Assembly (NCBI RefSeq): GCF_020745735.1
Contig: NC_083442.1
Span: forward strand, 29,861,562-29,925,561
Direction: 5' to 3'
Source of the DNA: Hemiscyllium ocellatum
Lineage: Eukaryota
Length of the DNA stretch: 64,000 nucleotides
Shown: one piece after another, positions 35,825 through 50,197 of the stretch
Numbering within the stretch: position 1 is the first letter of the stretch
How the letters are laid out: each line of letters begins with the position of its first letter
Program-made: the position numbers and the translations under genes
Notes under the pieces: generated by a model
Seen by the model: only the letters and a program-made list of their open reading frames with translations
Databases searched by the model: none
Told to the model about the DNA's origin: nothing

Positions 35825-38800
35825 CTAACAATTTTTCTAGTGATCTTTCCCTTGTAATTTTTAAAATTTGTAATCTTTTGTGACTTAAACCAAAGGGTTC
35901 AGCAGGATTTTAACTGCTGTGACTAGGAAAATCTTGAACTTTCTGGATTGTTCCAATAAATCTGTTGGTTGAGTTTCTATTGTGATCATTGTTAATGCTT
36001 CGGTAAAGAGTAACAGTGGTGAAAACTGGAATGCAGGTAGCATGCACATACCCAATGATGAGATTCGTAAAGAAAAGAGAGACTTGCATCTGTAGAGCAC
36101 CTTTTCACAATATTTGGCCATCCAAAAATGTTTTAGGGCTAATGAGGTACATTTGCAGCATGGTCGATGCTGTAATGTTGGAAACGTGTTAGCCAATTTC
36201 TGAACAGCAAGCTCCCAGTAGAAGACAATTTGCTCCAGTTACATTGGCTGAGGGCGAAACATTGGCTGTAGCACAAGGAAAACTACTCTTTGAATGCTAC
36301 CATGGAACCTTTTGCAACTACCTGAGTAGTTGTCTCAGCTGAACATCCTTTTAAGAAAAGTGACAGTGTAAGACTTGTAGTTGAGTGCCAACCTCAATTT
36401 TATGCACCACTGTCTGGAGTGAAGCTTGAGCCCATGTCTTTCTGACTCAGAGGTGGGAGTTCTAACCACTGAACTGTACTGACACTATCTCAACTTACTT
36501 TCTGGAAACCGCCCAGTGGTACATTTGAAGGTTTTGCCCTTCCCTGAAATGGGCCTAGAAGAGAACGTTTTAGGGTTCTCTTTGAGCTGTCATTAGTGAA
36601 ATACATAAATGAAGTGATTAATGTAGGCAGCATCAAACAAAACATTACATAGCAAGTGCAGCCCCTCTCTCCACATTCGAATCCAGGTTTGACAATGAGG
36701 ATGGACTGTGTGGAAAGAGGCAGAGTGGGATCAGGTGGAAGTGGGATGCAGTGGAACCTTTAACAGATAAATTGTATAATCTGGAGCAGAGGGATTTATC
36801 ATTTTAAAGGTCTTCAATGATCTGATTTTTTTAAAAAATGAAAATGTACAAACCACCTTCCCCGTTCCACCTCTTCTCTCCAAGCGGAAGATTTTAAAAT
36901 GAACTAATTCTATCAGCCTTTTTATGATTGTGTAACAGGAAACTCTCGGTGGGGGGGGACAGACAAAAAGTGCTTCAGCGATGTCCTGGAAATCCCTGAG
37001 AGGTTTGAACATCCCCACAGACTCCCGTGGGGCCCTGTCCTCTGACTGACCAAAAGTGTTATTGTTTTACTCTTTCATGGAATTTGGGTGTCACCGACAA
37101 GCGCAATGTTTGTTACTCATCCCCGGTTATCCTTGAACTGAGTGGTTTACCTAAATGTTTAAGAAGGCAGTTAAGAATTGTCTGCGTGGGTTTCCTCCCA
37201 CAGTCCAAAGATGTGCATGTCAGGTGAATTGGCCATGTTAAATTACCCATAGTGTAAGGTGCATTAGTCAGAGGGAAATGGGTCTGGATGAGTTACTGTT
37301 CAGAGGGTCGGTGTGGACTGGTTGGGCCGAAGGGCCTGCTTCCACACTGTGGGAAATCTAAAAAAAGAATGAGCCATGTTGCTGTGATTATGAAGTTTCA
37401 CAGACTAAGTAAGGGTGGCAGATTTCCTTCTGAAGGGCATTAGTGAATCAGATGGGTTTTTTTTAACAACAATCTAATAATTTCATGATTACCATTACAG
37501 ATCAGCTTTTAAATTCAGGTTTAATAATTGACTCTAAATTCCACCAGCTGCCATAGTGGGATTTGTCTGCACAGTATTAGCTTGAGCCTTTGGATTAATA
37601 GTCTTGGAGTCATACAGCATGGAAAAATACCCTTTGGTCCAACTTGTCCATGCTGACTAGTCCCAATTTTTGGCCCATGTCTCTTTAAACTTTTCCTATT
37701 CATGTACCTGTCCAAATGTTTCTTAAATGTTGTGACTGTACCTGCATGTACCACTTCCTCAGGTGGTTCATTCGACATTTGAACCACCTTCTATGTGGAA
37801 AAAGTTGCCCCTCAGGTCCCTTTTAAATTTTTCTTCTCTCAAGTGACATTACACTACACTACCTTCTCAGAAACAATTTTAAGGTCTCAGGGAGAGCACA
37901 CAGAGACCTCTAAGTCCACTGTATGTCCAACCTTTCAAATGTTACCTGTCCTATAAGTAACATAGTCTGCCAATCTCCGACACGATTTGTCAGTCAACTC
38001 AGTATCCACTGAAAATGCAGTGGAAACAAATCACTTTCAATCCTGTAGAATTGTTCAATTAAAAGTAAATATACATTTTTAGATAATTATAGATGTTTGC
38101 AATATAAAAATCTCCAGGAATTGAAGATCAATCCCATGTACATTCCAGACTGAGTTAAACTGAGACCAATCGCCTGCTTGGAAGGATGTAAAAAAATCCC
38201 ATGGCACTGTTTAACAAAGTGGGAATTATCCTCAGTTCCTGGCCTCTATTTGGACCTCAGTCAGCATCACTTAAAGCAGGTTATTACCACGTTGTTCTTT
38301 GTGGGTTTTGCTGAATGAATATTACCCCGCTGTGTCTAATCTGGCAACAGAGACTACACTTAAAAAACATGCACTTCATTAACTGTAAAGCACGTTGAGA
38401 TGTACAGTGGTTGTGTAAAGTGCTATTTAAATGTATGATTATATATATTGTATCTTTAATTAACCTGGGAGAAATATTGTAGAAACTTGAAAGCACAGAG
38501 GAATGATTCAGCCCCTTGAGCTTGTGCTGGCTTTTTGGAAGGAGTAGTTCTTAGTTTCTACATCTCTGCTTTTGGCGTTTCTGTCCAACTCCCTCCAAAA
38601 CTTATTAATGGCGTTGGCTTCAACCACTACTTGAGAAAGAGATCGTGACAGATCAGAGCGAAATATATGCTCCTCTCCCTTCACAATAATCTTCTCGAGC
38701 CAGGTCCATGCACAGACATCCTTTGAAGTTAGAAGCACAGGAAGTTACTAACCATTTCTTGCGAGAATCCCATTGATCAGATGGTGGCTTTGAATTGCCA

Positions 38801-40634
38801 CGGTGAGAGTTATCCTTGCCCCTGCACAGTCTGCCTCCTCCACTGGTATTTCAGCATAAACCCCTTATTCATTAGTGAACAGACACACATCATGCTGAAC
38901 ATTGCAGAGGAATGCCCCCCTAGACAGATTAAGTGGCAAACTAATCACATTAAACTCAGCAAATAAGAAGGTATGGCTTGTCTTCAGGCATTTGTATACT
39001 CATTAAAGAAATAAATCTCTCAACCCTTTGCACATAATTTGTATTTACGGCTGCTGGATATTGAGGAAGACGTCGCAATTGTATTGTTTTTTATTTTCTT
39101 GGGATGCTTTTTGCTTTTTATTTACAGAAATGGCAAGGGAAATCCTCTGACGAGGTCAGACCTTTGGAGTTAGATGGTTACATGATAAAACCTCCAGGAA
39201 TTAGTCGAACTAGAGGTGGTAACCAATGTTAGTCCCGTTGTCGCTAACAATTTCTAATCTTAGACTGCAGTCCTTGTGTGAGTGAGGATACTGCGTGATG
39301 GGATAACTGCAGCTTTTGTAGCAGGTGTGACCTGTTTGTTGTTAGATCAGAGATCATTATCTGAATTGGAAGCACTTTTGTTACTATAATTAAAATGGCT
39401 AATTACACTCATTAACTTTCTTTTTATAATACAGGAACTGTTTAAAATAAATGTATGTAAATAGATCACATTATTAGTGTCTTTTTCTCTGTTTCGAACT
39501 GTATGCCGATAGCAGCACTGTTTTTGGCTGTAACTCCTAAGTTCATCATCCTCAAACACACTTCAAAATTTAATAATGATTTCACCTTTCACCACGTCAG
39601 ATCAAGCTCCTAACAATTTGGACTAAAAACTATTCTGGTGTCTCATCTTGGTGATTATTGCTCATAAGATTGCAAAGTTAGGCTTTTTGAAAAAATTCAA
39701 TTGTGGGATGTGAGCTTCGCTGGCCAACTTTGGTTGCCTGTCCTTCTTGCCCTTAAAGAGACTTTGTAGCACTTGGTACAACTAATTGACTGGCTCAGCC
39801 TTTTCAGAGGGCAATTGAGAGTCAGCCACATTGTGTGGATCTGGAGTCACATGTAGGCTAGACCTGGCAAGCTTCCTTCCCTGAAGAGTATTAGTGAACC
39901 AGATCATTTTTTTCTGACAGTTACTTCATAGTCACCCAGATTTTTTTTTACTGAATTCAAATTCCATCTGGGTCCCCACAACACTAGCTGAGCTTCTGAA
40001 TGAATAGTCTAGTGATAATGTTACTAGGCCAACCATATTGGTTGAATTCCATTATCTTTCTGATAGTCCAACAATTTGCAAGTGGGAAAAGGAACAGTTA
40101 GCAGCTTAGAGGTCGGCGTCAATCGTTACAAGATCCATGACGTCATGTGCAAGGGACCAATGATTTGTAATGGGATGTAAGAGTGTGTTTTTATTCAGTA
40201 CATTTACCATAGTCTTGGATTTGTGAATGCTGAAAGGGTCTATTATTGAGTTCCCACAGTACATATAAAAATAGGAATTAGGAGTAGGCCATTCAGCCCT
40301 TTTGCTGTATCATTCAGTAAGGCCATGTCAATGATTCAGCAAACCTATTTGTTGAGTTCTGAGTCCTATAGACCAGCGCATGTTCAGTCTCTTTCACTAA
40401 CCTGTGCTGATTTAGTTGAATTGGAGCATTACTGCTTTGCAGCAGGTAACTGATTTTAAACTAGCCTTGCAGTTGCAAATGCAAAAGTAGGCTTTGCATG
40501 TAATCTTTGGGGAAAGCTGGATTGTCAGATCACAGTATCCAGGGTTAGTGCGGCCTCAGTTTTAGATAATATTTTCTATTGTTTTGTTTTGAAATAATTT
40601 GCATCATCGATGGTCAAATAAAAAAATTGTTTAA

Positions 40635-41115
40635 TTTGAAAGGATGCAGAAAAAAATTACAAGGGTGTTGCCCGAGTTAGAGGGTTTGAGCTACAGGGAG
40701 AGGTGAATAGGCTGGGGCTGTTTTCCATGGAGTGTTGGAGGTTTAGGGGTGACCTGATAGAGGGTTTTAAAATCATGAAGGACATGGGGGGCTGAATAGC
40801 CAAGGTCCATAGGTAGGGGAGTCCAAACTTAGCGGCCGCAGGTTTAAGGTGAGAAGGGAAAGATTTAAAAGGGACCTAAGGGGCAACTTGTTCATGCAAA
40901 GGGTGGTGAGTGTATAGAATTAGCTGCCACAGGATCTGGTGGAGCTGGTACAATTAAATGTTTAAAAGGCATCTTGACGGGTTCATGAATAGGAAGGATT
41001 TAAAGGGATTTAGGCCAAATGGTGGCACATGGAGCTAGATTTATTTAGCATACCTGGTCAGCATAGATGAGTTGGACCAAAGGTTCTGTTCCCATGCTGT
41101 ACATCTCTATGACTA
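40635..41115 (+). mobile_element. CR1/HER1 LINE 3' fragment
   Basis: Same ORF2 C-terminus and 3' UTR as 11560-12039, ending ctctatgact. Confidence 0.8.
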
Positions 41116-42989
41116 TAAAATAAGTCAGAAATTTGAGAAGCTGTGAAGTAGAGTTTGCTAGACACGAGAAAACTGTCTTCAGTATAGATTGCAACAAAGG
41201 TGCTGTAGTGCTGTATTTGATGGGAAAGGTAATTACAATGTGACAAGTTTCAGTAGGAATTTATTATGACAAAACCTGACACAGAAGTATGATATTTTAA
41301 AAATGGTGGAGTGGAGAATGAAGGTTTTCAGAGAGGAAACCTGCAAGTGCGTAAGATTGACTTTTATTTAAAATGGACAATGGAGCCTACATGTACTGTA
41401 GTTTAGAAGAATGAAAGTTTATATAATTGAAACATAGAAAATTCTGAAGGGACTGACAGGGCAGACAGTGAATGATTGTTGCCTCTGGAAATCTACAACC
41501 CAGGGGCACAGTCTCAGGATAAGGACTGAATTGGACATTGCGAATATTTACATTATCTGTCCCAGAGGGCTGGGGAGGCTCTATCATTTTAGTATGTGCA
41601 AAGCCAGGACAGATAGAGTTGTGATGTCTTCACAAATGAAGAGATTTGGGAAATGGGCAAGAAAGTGGAGTTGATGCAGAAAGTCAGCAATGACCATATT
41701 GAATGGCAGAGCTGGCTTGATGGGCTGAATGGCTTCGTTCTACATTGATTTCTAACGTTCTTATGCTGCGTAGAAGTTTATGTTTGATAAGATGCAAAAC
41801 AGGACTTTTTATCTTTGGAAAATAATTAGAATTGAATGGAGTTAAACATACACATAGTGCACAAATGTAAAAAAGACTAAAGATATCCACTATGTATCTA
41901 ATGTACCAGTGGCTTGCCTGATGATTCATTTGGCAATATGGAAAACTGAGCAAAGCCATGAGAAAGATCCCAGGTTCAAGGGAGCAGAATGAAACTATCG
42001 TTGGAAATATATCAGCTGAGGTCTTGATCAAAATCCCAGGAACTTCTGACTGGGCAATAGTATACAAACACCTTAACCCCACGGATTTCTGCAGTTCAAG
42101 AAGCCTGCTCAATATAATGAGGGATGGGCAATAAATGCCCATCTTGGCAGTGCTGCCCACATCACAAAAACCCAATAGTGTTATAGCACAGAAGGAGACC
42201 ATTCAGACCAATGTGTTTGCCCTTTCAAATGAGCATCATCACTTATTGCCAATCTCTTGCTTTCCCCCCATACCCTTGCACATTATTTCTATCTGAAGAA
42301 GCATCCAAGACAGCCATGAATGCTTCAATTGAACCTGCCTCCACCCTGATTCTCGGCTTTGCATTCCATACCCTAACCACTCACTATATGAACCATGAAT
42401 GAATGAGTTAAGAAATGATTGGTTATTAATAAATTGGAAAACACATGTGACCTACTAGTGGTGGTTAATGGAAAAATACCATGAGTGATTTTGTGATGGG
42501 AAAATAAATTCAGTTGATTGTTAGAGCACTTGCAGATATAAAGAAAGAGATTTGATAAGGGGTAATACAGTTGGCCTTTGTTGATCTTTATAGGAATGCC
42601 TGGAGATTGGTACTGCCTCTTGAGGCACCATCTCTTTGAGAAGTTTCTTTTATTTGTTCTAGGGATGTGGGCATCACCATCTGAACCAGCACTTCATGCC
42701 CATCCCTAATTGCACCACAGAAGGTGGTGGTGAATGACAACTGTGGTCCTTGAAATGTAGCAATATGCACAGTTCTGTTAGGGTGGGATTTCTAGGGTTT
42801 TGACTCTGCAATAGGGAAGGGACAAAAAGTGTGGTGTATCTGAGGAGCATATAAAGATAAACAATGGTAAATGGTCAGATTCTTTTTCCCAGAGTTGAAA
42901 TGTCTAATACTATGGGACATAGTGAGAGGGGGCAAGTTCAAAGGAGATGTGAAGGGCAAGTTTTTTTCACAGAATAGTAGTAAAAACAA

Positions 42990-43740
42990 CATGTGACCAG
43001 AAACCCTAGCCACTCTCCCCTACATCAAAGACATCTCAGAAATGACTGCCAGGCTACTCAGACCTTTTGGCATCATGGTAGTCCATAAACCCATCAACAC
43101 ACTAAAACAACAGCTAATGAACTTGAAAGACCCTATACAGACAAGCAAAACTAATGTCATTTACAAAATACTGTGCAAGAACTGTAACAAACACTACATT
43201 GGACAAACTGGCAGAAAACTGGCCACCAGGATACATGAACATCAACTAGATACAAAATGACATGATCCTCTCTCACTAGTATCTTTACATACAGATATGG
43301 AATTCTAGATTAGAGTGGTGCTGGAAAAGCACAGCAGTTCAGGCAGCATCCAAGGAGCAGGAAAATTGATGTTTTGGGCAAAAGCCCTTCATCAGGAATA
43401 GTAAGGAAGGACACCACGTTGACTGGAACAGCACATTCATCCTAGGACAAGCCAAATAGAGACACACATGAGAATTCCTAGAAGCATAGCATTCTAACTG
43501 GAACTCTATCAACAAACACATTGGCTTGGGCCCAATTTACCATCCCTAAGAAAAAGAATGGGAAATGACATCACCACAGGAAATGACATCACCAACCCAT
43601 AGAAACCCAAACATATAAATAGATAGCAAGAATCATCAGCAGTGATTCATCCGGGGACTCACTGAAGCTGTTACCTAGGTTGGTGACGAAACATCTGAAA
43701 ATGAACCTTCCAGCTCAGCGAGCAAACCCACATCCAGAAT
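42990..43740 (+). mobile_element. Poseidon-type Penelope 3' fragment (GIY-YIG), with a nested family A piece at about 43303-43398, inside a CR1 tail
   Basis: LPYIKDISEMTARLLRPFGIMVVHKP...NVIYKILCKNCNKHYIGQTGRKLATRIHEH; degenerate hammerhead ctgaagctgttacc...ggtgacgaaacatc at about 43662-43695. Confidence 0.85.
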
Positions 43741-45692
43741 AATAACAGTGTGGGAGTGCACTGCCAGGTGTGATGGTGGAGACAGCTTTAATAGTGATGT
43801 TTAAAGGACTTTTAGATAAGCATATGAATATGAAAGGAATGGAAGAATATGGACTAAGGGCAGGTAGCAGAGATTAGTTTAATTTTGCATTATGTTTGGT
43901 ACAGCATTATGGGTCGAAGGGCCTGTTCTGTGCTGTACTGTTCAATATTTTGTGCAATTGTTTGGTTTTTATTTTCATGGTTCTCTAAATAGGGGTTCAG
44001 TTCTACAGCCAATAGATAATATTAAAGCTACCACTACCTTTCAGACATATGACACTGTGTACAAACTGCATCTATTGACAAGAGGTCTATCATTTCCACG
44101 CCACCTCACATAGAAGTCTTAGCAAACCAACCCACAATATCCAAGCAACTTGATCAGAATCAGCCTTGTATTTTTACTTTATTATTATTTGAAGAAGGTT
44201 TGGTTAAAAAAAATGGAGTTGTCCCATTGGTAAATATATTCCAGATCAGAAAGCCAAGATCAGTCGGCGACATTAACTTGAGATGTAAACAAATTAATGA
44301 GATCTTTGAGCTAAATGTTGTATATGGCCAGAGGTTTCAAAGGAGCTTCAAAACTTGGACATCATCTTTGACACCATATGCCTCTATCTAACAGTTCTTT
44401 TAATCACAGTAAGTAGAAGTAGGCAAGTTATGCTAAGTATTTATAGATTGATGGCTTGGTCCCAAGATGAATAGAGTACTGCCTCTCAAGTCTGGGCAAC
44501 ACACTTTAGGAAGAATGTTAAGGAAACAGAGGATGCAGAGGAGATGTCAGAAATCAGGGGGTTGAGTTCAAGCAGAATATTAAACTGTGATTGTTCTTTG
44601 CAAGGAGGGAAGGTAAACAGAACATTTAAAGGGAGTTGCTTAAAATCAGTGCAAAGGAGAACAAAACTGTTAATGCTGATAGAAGGGCCATTAAGCAAAA
44701 GGCACACGTGTAATATAATTGACATAAAATCGGTAAGGAAATGTGAGATTGTTTTCTTATGGAGCGAGTTATGGTTTGGACACAGAACCTTGGAGGAAAC
44801 AGATCTGATAATAATTTCTAAAAGGGAATTGAACAAGAGTCAGAGAGTCATGCAGCACAGAACCAGACCCTTTGGTGCAACTTGCCCATTCTGACCAGGT
44901 TTCCCAAACTAAGCTAGTTCAATTCGCCAAAATTTGGTCCATGTCCCTCTAAATCTTTCCTATCCATGCACCTGTCCAAATGTCTTTTAAATGTTGTAAT
45001 TGTAGCCACCTCGAACACTTCCTCTGGCTTGAACAGAGACAAAACTATTGCAGGGTCAGAGGAAAAATCTGAGGCTATGGAGCTAATTGGTTTTCGTTTC
45101 CTGCACAGATGTGATGGATTGAATAGCCTCCTTCTTCCCTGGAAACACCCCCTTTTGGACAAGATGTTGCCCCTCAAGCATCCGCCAGTTATCTCTGGAG
45201 GAGATGGTGATAATGATAGTGAGTTAGTAAACCTGGGGATGTGGGTTCATATCCCACCATAGCAACTGGTGGAATTTAAATACAGTTCATTAATAAATCA
45301 GGAATGGAAAGCTAACCTTGGTAAAAGTAATAATGAAACTAACATCGATTATTGTTTAAAATAAAAAACCCTTATGGAATCACTAATGTCCTTTTTGGAA
45401 AGGAAATTGGCCATTCCTACTAAGTCTGTCCTACAATGTTGCTGTCAAGATTGGTTCGTGATGGACAGTGATTGCAAATCGTGATGCCCACAGCTCGTGA
45501 AAAAACAAAATAATCTATGATTCTAGCAACGTTTGTGTTGAGAATACTCTGATACACCACAAGAAAGTGGAGAGGTTACGAACAACAATATACTTTACTG
45601 AACAATAATTTACCAGACTGATGACTAAAATACAAAATCATTGCTTCAGTAACTGGGGTAAGAATTTCTCCAGTCGTTGCTTTTAGGAGCAT

Positions 45693-46213
45693 GGATGTAA
45701 GGTAGCTTGCTGAGCTGGAAGGTTTGTTTTCAGACATTTCGTCACCACAGTAGGTAACATCATCACTGTGCCTCCGGTGGTAAGGCCCACTTTTTATTTA
45801 TGTGTTTAGCTTGGTTTGGGTTGGTGATGTCATTTCCTGTGGTGATGTCATTTTCCATTCTTTTTCTCAGGGGGTGGTAAATGGGATCCAAGTCAATTTG
45901 TTTATTGGTAGAGTTCTGGTTGGAATGCTGTGCTCCTAGGAATTTTTATTTTTTTCTGCTTGGCTTGTCCTAGGATGGATGTGTTGTCCCACTTGAAGTG
46001 GTGTCCTTCCTCATCTGTATGTAAAATACTAGTGAGGGTGGGTCATGTCTTTCTGTGGCTAGTTGATGTTTATGTATTCTGGTGGCTAGTTTTCTGCCTG
46101 TTTGTCCAATGTAGTGTTTGTTACAGTTCTTGCACGGTATTTTATAAATGATATTAATTTTGCTTGTGGTCTGTATAGGGTCTTTCAAATTCATTAGCTG
46201 CTGTTTTAGTGTG
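45693..46213 (-). mobile_element. Second Poseidon-type Penelope 3' fragment
   Basis: ORF 45970-46194 (IIYKIPCKNCNKHYIGQTGRKLATRI); TSD tttta(g/a)gagcat at 45681-45692 and 46214-46225. Confidence 0.85.
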
Positions 46214-47485
46214 TTTTAAGAGCATCTTACTTAAAGGTTTGATCCAAGTGATGGGTGAATGGAACTTGGTGCAGGTCAGGATGTGGGCAGGAGAGTTTTG
46301 GATGAGCTCAAGATTATGGAGGCTGGAGCATACAAGACCAGCCAAGAGTAAATGGTAGTTTTCATGTCTGGCAGAAAGAAAAGCAAGGATTATGATCTCA
46401 ACAGCTCATGATCATAGACGGTGGTGGAGGTGGGTCATGTGAGGATGGAGGCAAACTATTTGGGTCTTAGTATATACTCAATGGTCAACTGAAGTAACAC
46501 TCTTATCTTTGTCCAAGAAATTTCAGGGAAGATAGCAAGGTGAAAACACATCATTTTTTCTAGAATAATTTATCTTGTAGCAGTGTGTATTAAGTAGAAC
46601 ATACAAAGCCCATAGAGTGTGATCACAGTCGGGCGGTATCTCAGCTGTTCTCCTGCCAACCTATACATCAAATTGATAACCAGGACAGTGTGATTTTGAG
46701 CCTTACATCCAAGTACAGGAATTGATAAGGCACTGACGAAAAGGTAGTTCCAGCGAAAAATGTTTCATCATATCATTAACTCTGTTTCTCTCTCCAGGAA
46801 TACTGCCAGACCTGCCGAGCTTCTTCAGCACATTCTGTTTTTCTTGCAGATGTTTCATCACTGATAAAACAAAGTGAGTTTCATAACTGAGGTGGAACAA
46901 CAGAGGTGTTTGGAAGAATATACAAAGACCATAAGAAATGGAATAGGATGTTTACTGTTCAAGTCGGCTCCACCAGTCAGTAGGATCACTGCTGATCAGA
47001 TGATATTCCTTGTGTCCACTTTCCTGCCGTAACCCTTGGTTTTCCGACTGATCAGACCTCTATCTATCTCAGCCTGAGGTATAAACAAGGACTCTACCCC
47101 CACAGCTCTCTGTGGCAAAGAGTTCCAAAGACTCACAGCGCTCTGATAGAAGAAATTCCTCAGTCTTAAACTGGCAGCTGTTTATTCTGAGACTGTGCTG
47201 CCTGATCCAAGAGTCTCCCATGAGGAGAAACATTCTCTCAGCATTTACCTTGTCAAACCCCTTAAGAATCCGAGTTGGCATGGAAATGGAGGCCCTTGTT
47301 ATTAAAAATCCAGGTGAGAGGGCTTACAGGAGCAAACAGGTCAATGACCTTCTGCTGTTGCTGCTGGTCACTTGTGTGACTCAAACATTTTGTTCATTCA
47401 TTCCAGGAGAGATTCTCTCAAGCGGCAGTTCAGAAGGGGCATCCACTTTGACATTTCTCACCTAAAACATCCCCTCCTTGGACTT

Positions 47486-47627
47486 CTAATTGGGTCTAGA
47501 GTCTACATCTTGTTTTTTGATGCTGGATCTGACCGACAGTATCTCCCTGATGTCAATTGCTCTATGTGCTGTCACTGTGTAGTGCAGGCTGCTGTTCCTC
47601 TGGATATTTCTGTTTTGTCTCCGTTTC
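47486..47627 (-). CDS. NRG4: NRG4-like cytoplasmic-tail exon with stop codon
   Basis: Acceptor cttgcatttacag|G; KRRQNRNIQRNSSLHYTV...SRPN* resembles NRG4 KGHFQRASSVQY; phase matches the upstream TM exon. Confidence 0.75.
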
Positions 47628-49783
47628 CTGTAAATGCAAGAAACTGTGAATAATTCATGTGTCCAGCACTTGCTGCGAGCTGTGCAATTCTGCAAAGAGT
47701 AAGCTATGTACCTTGGAGTGATATGGATGGAGGACTCTCTTCAGCTTGTCCCAAACTCTGGTGTCCAGACCCTCACTCACACATCTATCGCCCCTGTGTT
47801 CACTGATCAACATTGGCTCCCAGTCCGGCAGCATCTCAGTTTTGTTATTCCCACCTCTGCTTTCAAATCACTCTATGGCTTTGCCCCTCTCTATCTGTAA
47901 TCTCCTCCTACAATCCTCTGTGTTCCTCCATTTCTGGTCTCTTGAGAAAGCCAGTATTTAAATCACTCCAATCATTGATGGTTGTACCATGAGCTGCCTG
48001 GGCACTGAACTCTGAAATTGCCCTCCTAAATGTATCCGGCTCTCTATCCTAGTTCCCATTCATCCTTTAAGATGTTCCCTAACAAACTCCTCTTCAACAC
48101 ATTTTTATGTGGCTCCCTTAATGTAACTTGGCGTGAAGATTCCTTTGGTAATGTGACTATGGAGGTGCCAGGGACCTGTTGCTCTGCTAAGGTGCTATTT
48201 AATCCAATGCTTCCCCGCCATAGTGAAACATCTTGGTGACACTCAGTGATGCCCTGGTATATCACCAGAGCCTCAGTCAGAGGGTTGTATGTTCAAATCC
48301 CACAATGGGGACTTGTACACAAAATGCAGTCTGACAATTCCAGTGCTTGGGGAGGTGTTGCCATTGTGTCTAGTAACCCAGAAGTCCAGTCTAATGCTAT
48401 GGAGACATGGATGCAAGTCCCACCAGGACATCCAATGGCTTTTGTATTCAGTTACTAAAATCTGTAATCATGAATCTAGGTTCAGTCATAGTGACTACGA
48501 AACCATTGCCAATTGTCATTTGACTAATTAATGCCCCTTAAAGAAGACCTACTTGTAACTCCACACCAATGTAACTGACTTCGCTGAAATGGCCATTACA
48601 AGCCACTCAGTTCTAGGTGTGGACAACAAATGTAATGCCCACATCCCATGGAAGGATAAAATAAAACTGTTGGAAGAACCCCGGAGACATTAAACCAATG
48701 CCCTACCTGCCCTTACGATTGGACGTAAAGGATCACATGGTTAATTCAGAGACCAACAGGGGAGTTTTCCTAGTGCCCTGACTGACAGGAATTCCTCATT
48801 CAAGACAATAAGCCAGATTATGTAGAGCAGTAATTAATTGTGGATATTTGCCGTACACATACACAGTGTGCAGTGATTGGAACAATGTCAACTAGGTGGC
48901 TATCATTGAAGTTCCCTGGTTGGGGCTATTAGCCTGGAAGAAACAAGGCATTCTGACTGACAGATATGAACAGGAGTGTCAAGGGTTCTGTTCACTCTCA
49001 GAGCTGGCTCTAAGTTAGCTGGTTCAGAGTCCATGTACTATGCATGTGTAAATAATGGGTGACTTGATGACAGGATACCAACCTTGGTGGAATTATTTCA
49101 CACTGCATTTCCCACAGTTCAATAAGTACCTAATTGACTGTAAAACACTTTGGAATATCTTGAAGTTGTGGAAGGGGCTAAATAAATGTCAGGTCTTTTC
49201 TGCCCAGTCTAATACATGAAACAATATCTTGCTGAACAAGGGGGCATGCTGTTGAATTTTTTCATCATCATCACGCATCAGGATACAACACAAGAATACT
49301 AAATTTCAAAAAGAGCAACAATTTTCACTGTATACAAACAGTGTGTTGATTAGTTGGCATGGCGACTCTGATTCGTTGCAAGGCTGCCATGATTATGCAT
49401 TTGGGAACTATTCTCCCCGAGCCTTTGTTTAATTCAACAATTGAAAAAATTTCAAATATTCACATCCTATACTACCAGATATTAAAGAATGCAATCATTG
49501 GTAATATGGAGAGGTACCTGACAACCAATAGCATTTTGGGCTAATCCTAACAAATATTCTGAGTTTCAGAAAAGATGAAGGTAGCTGAAGACTCGGAGAA
49601 GGCTCGAAGCAGGTCATGTGCTGTCTTAGGATATATGATAAAAATGTACCAGTAGACTATTTACGAGCAGAGACAAACTAAGACGTCTTGCCTCTATCCT
49701 GCTCCCTTCCGCCCTATTCAATCCCAGCCAAACTGATGCATTTTATTGTCAGGCCACACCAGCAGTTAACCAGGTGCACTCAC

Positions 49784-49939
49784 CTGCAGTAGAAGTGTGC
49801 TATACCAAGTGTTATGGCGAACACAATAATCAAAGCCACCACAATAACAACGATCAGTGATGGACTTATAGCCCTATGTAATTGATGGCTCGGTAGCAAG
49901 AACTCTTCACATCGGCTTCCTTGGAAGCTATCATCGCAC
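49784..49939 (-). CDS. NRG4: NRG4-like exon: EGF C-terminal half and transmembrane helix
   Basis: ccctag|G; CDDSFQGSRCEEFLLP...LIVVIVVALIIVFAITLGIAHFYC AG|gtgagt; compare NRG4 CVENYTGARCEEVFLP...FYFLCR. NRG4 is the known convergent neighbour of FBXO22. Confidence 0.88.
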
Positions 49940-50197
49940 CTAGGGAAGACATTACTCTGAATTAGCCCAGATAACAGAACGAGAGACTGAGGGTGGATCA
50001 CATCATGGTTAGTATGATTGACAAGCATCAGCTAACATCCATCTATGTTCAGTGAGTTGAGGTCAGAGCTGAAGGCAAATGAAGGAACATAGGAACTAGA
50101 CCTGCCATTTAGCCCTTACTCCTATTGGGAATATAAGAGCAAGAGGAGGCCATTCGGCCCTTTGAGTCTGCTATGCAATTCAATACGCTTATGGCTG

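Noticed and set aside
40136-40147. Perfect palindrome CATGACGTCATG (CRE) between FBXO22 and NRG4
   Set aside because: An isolated motif without CpG-island or promoter context; cannot be supported.
48860-49100. Possible degenerate solo LTR (ends ...ggaattatttca)
   Set aside because: The 5' boundary and TSD could not be established.
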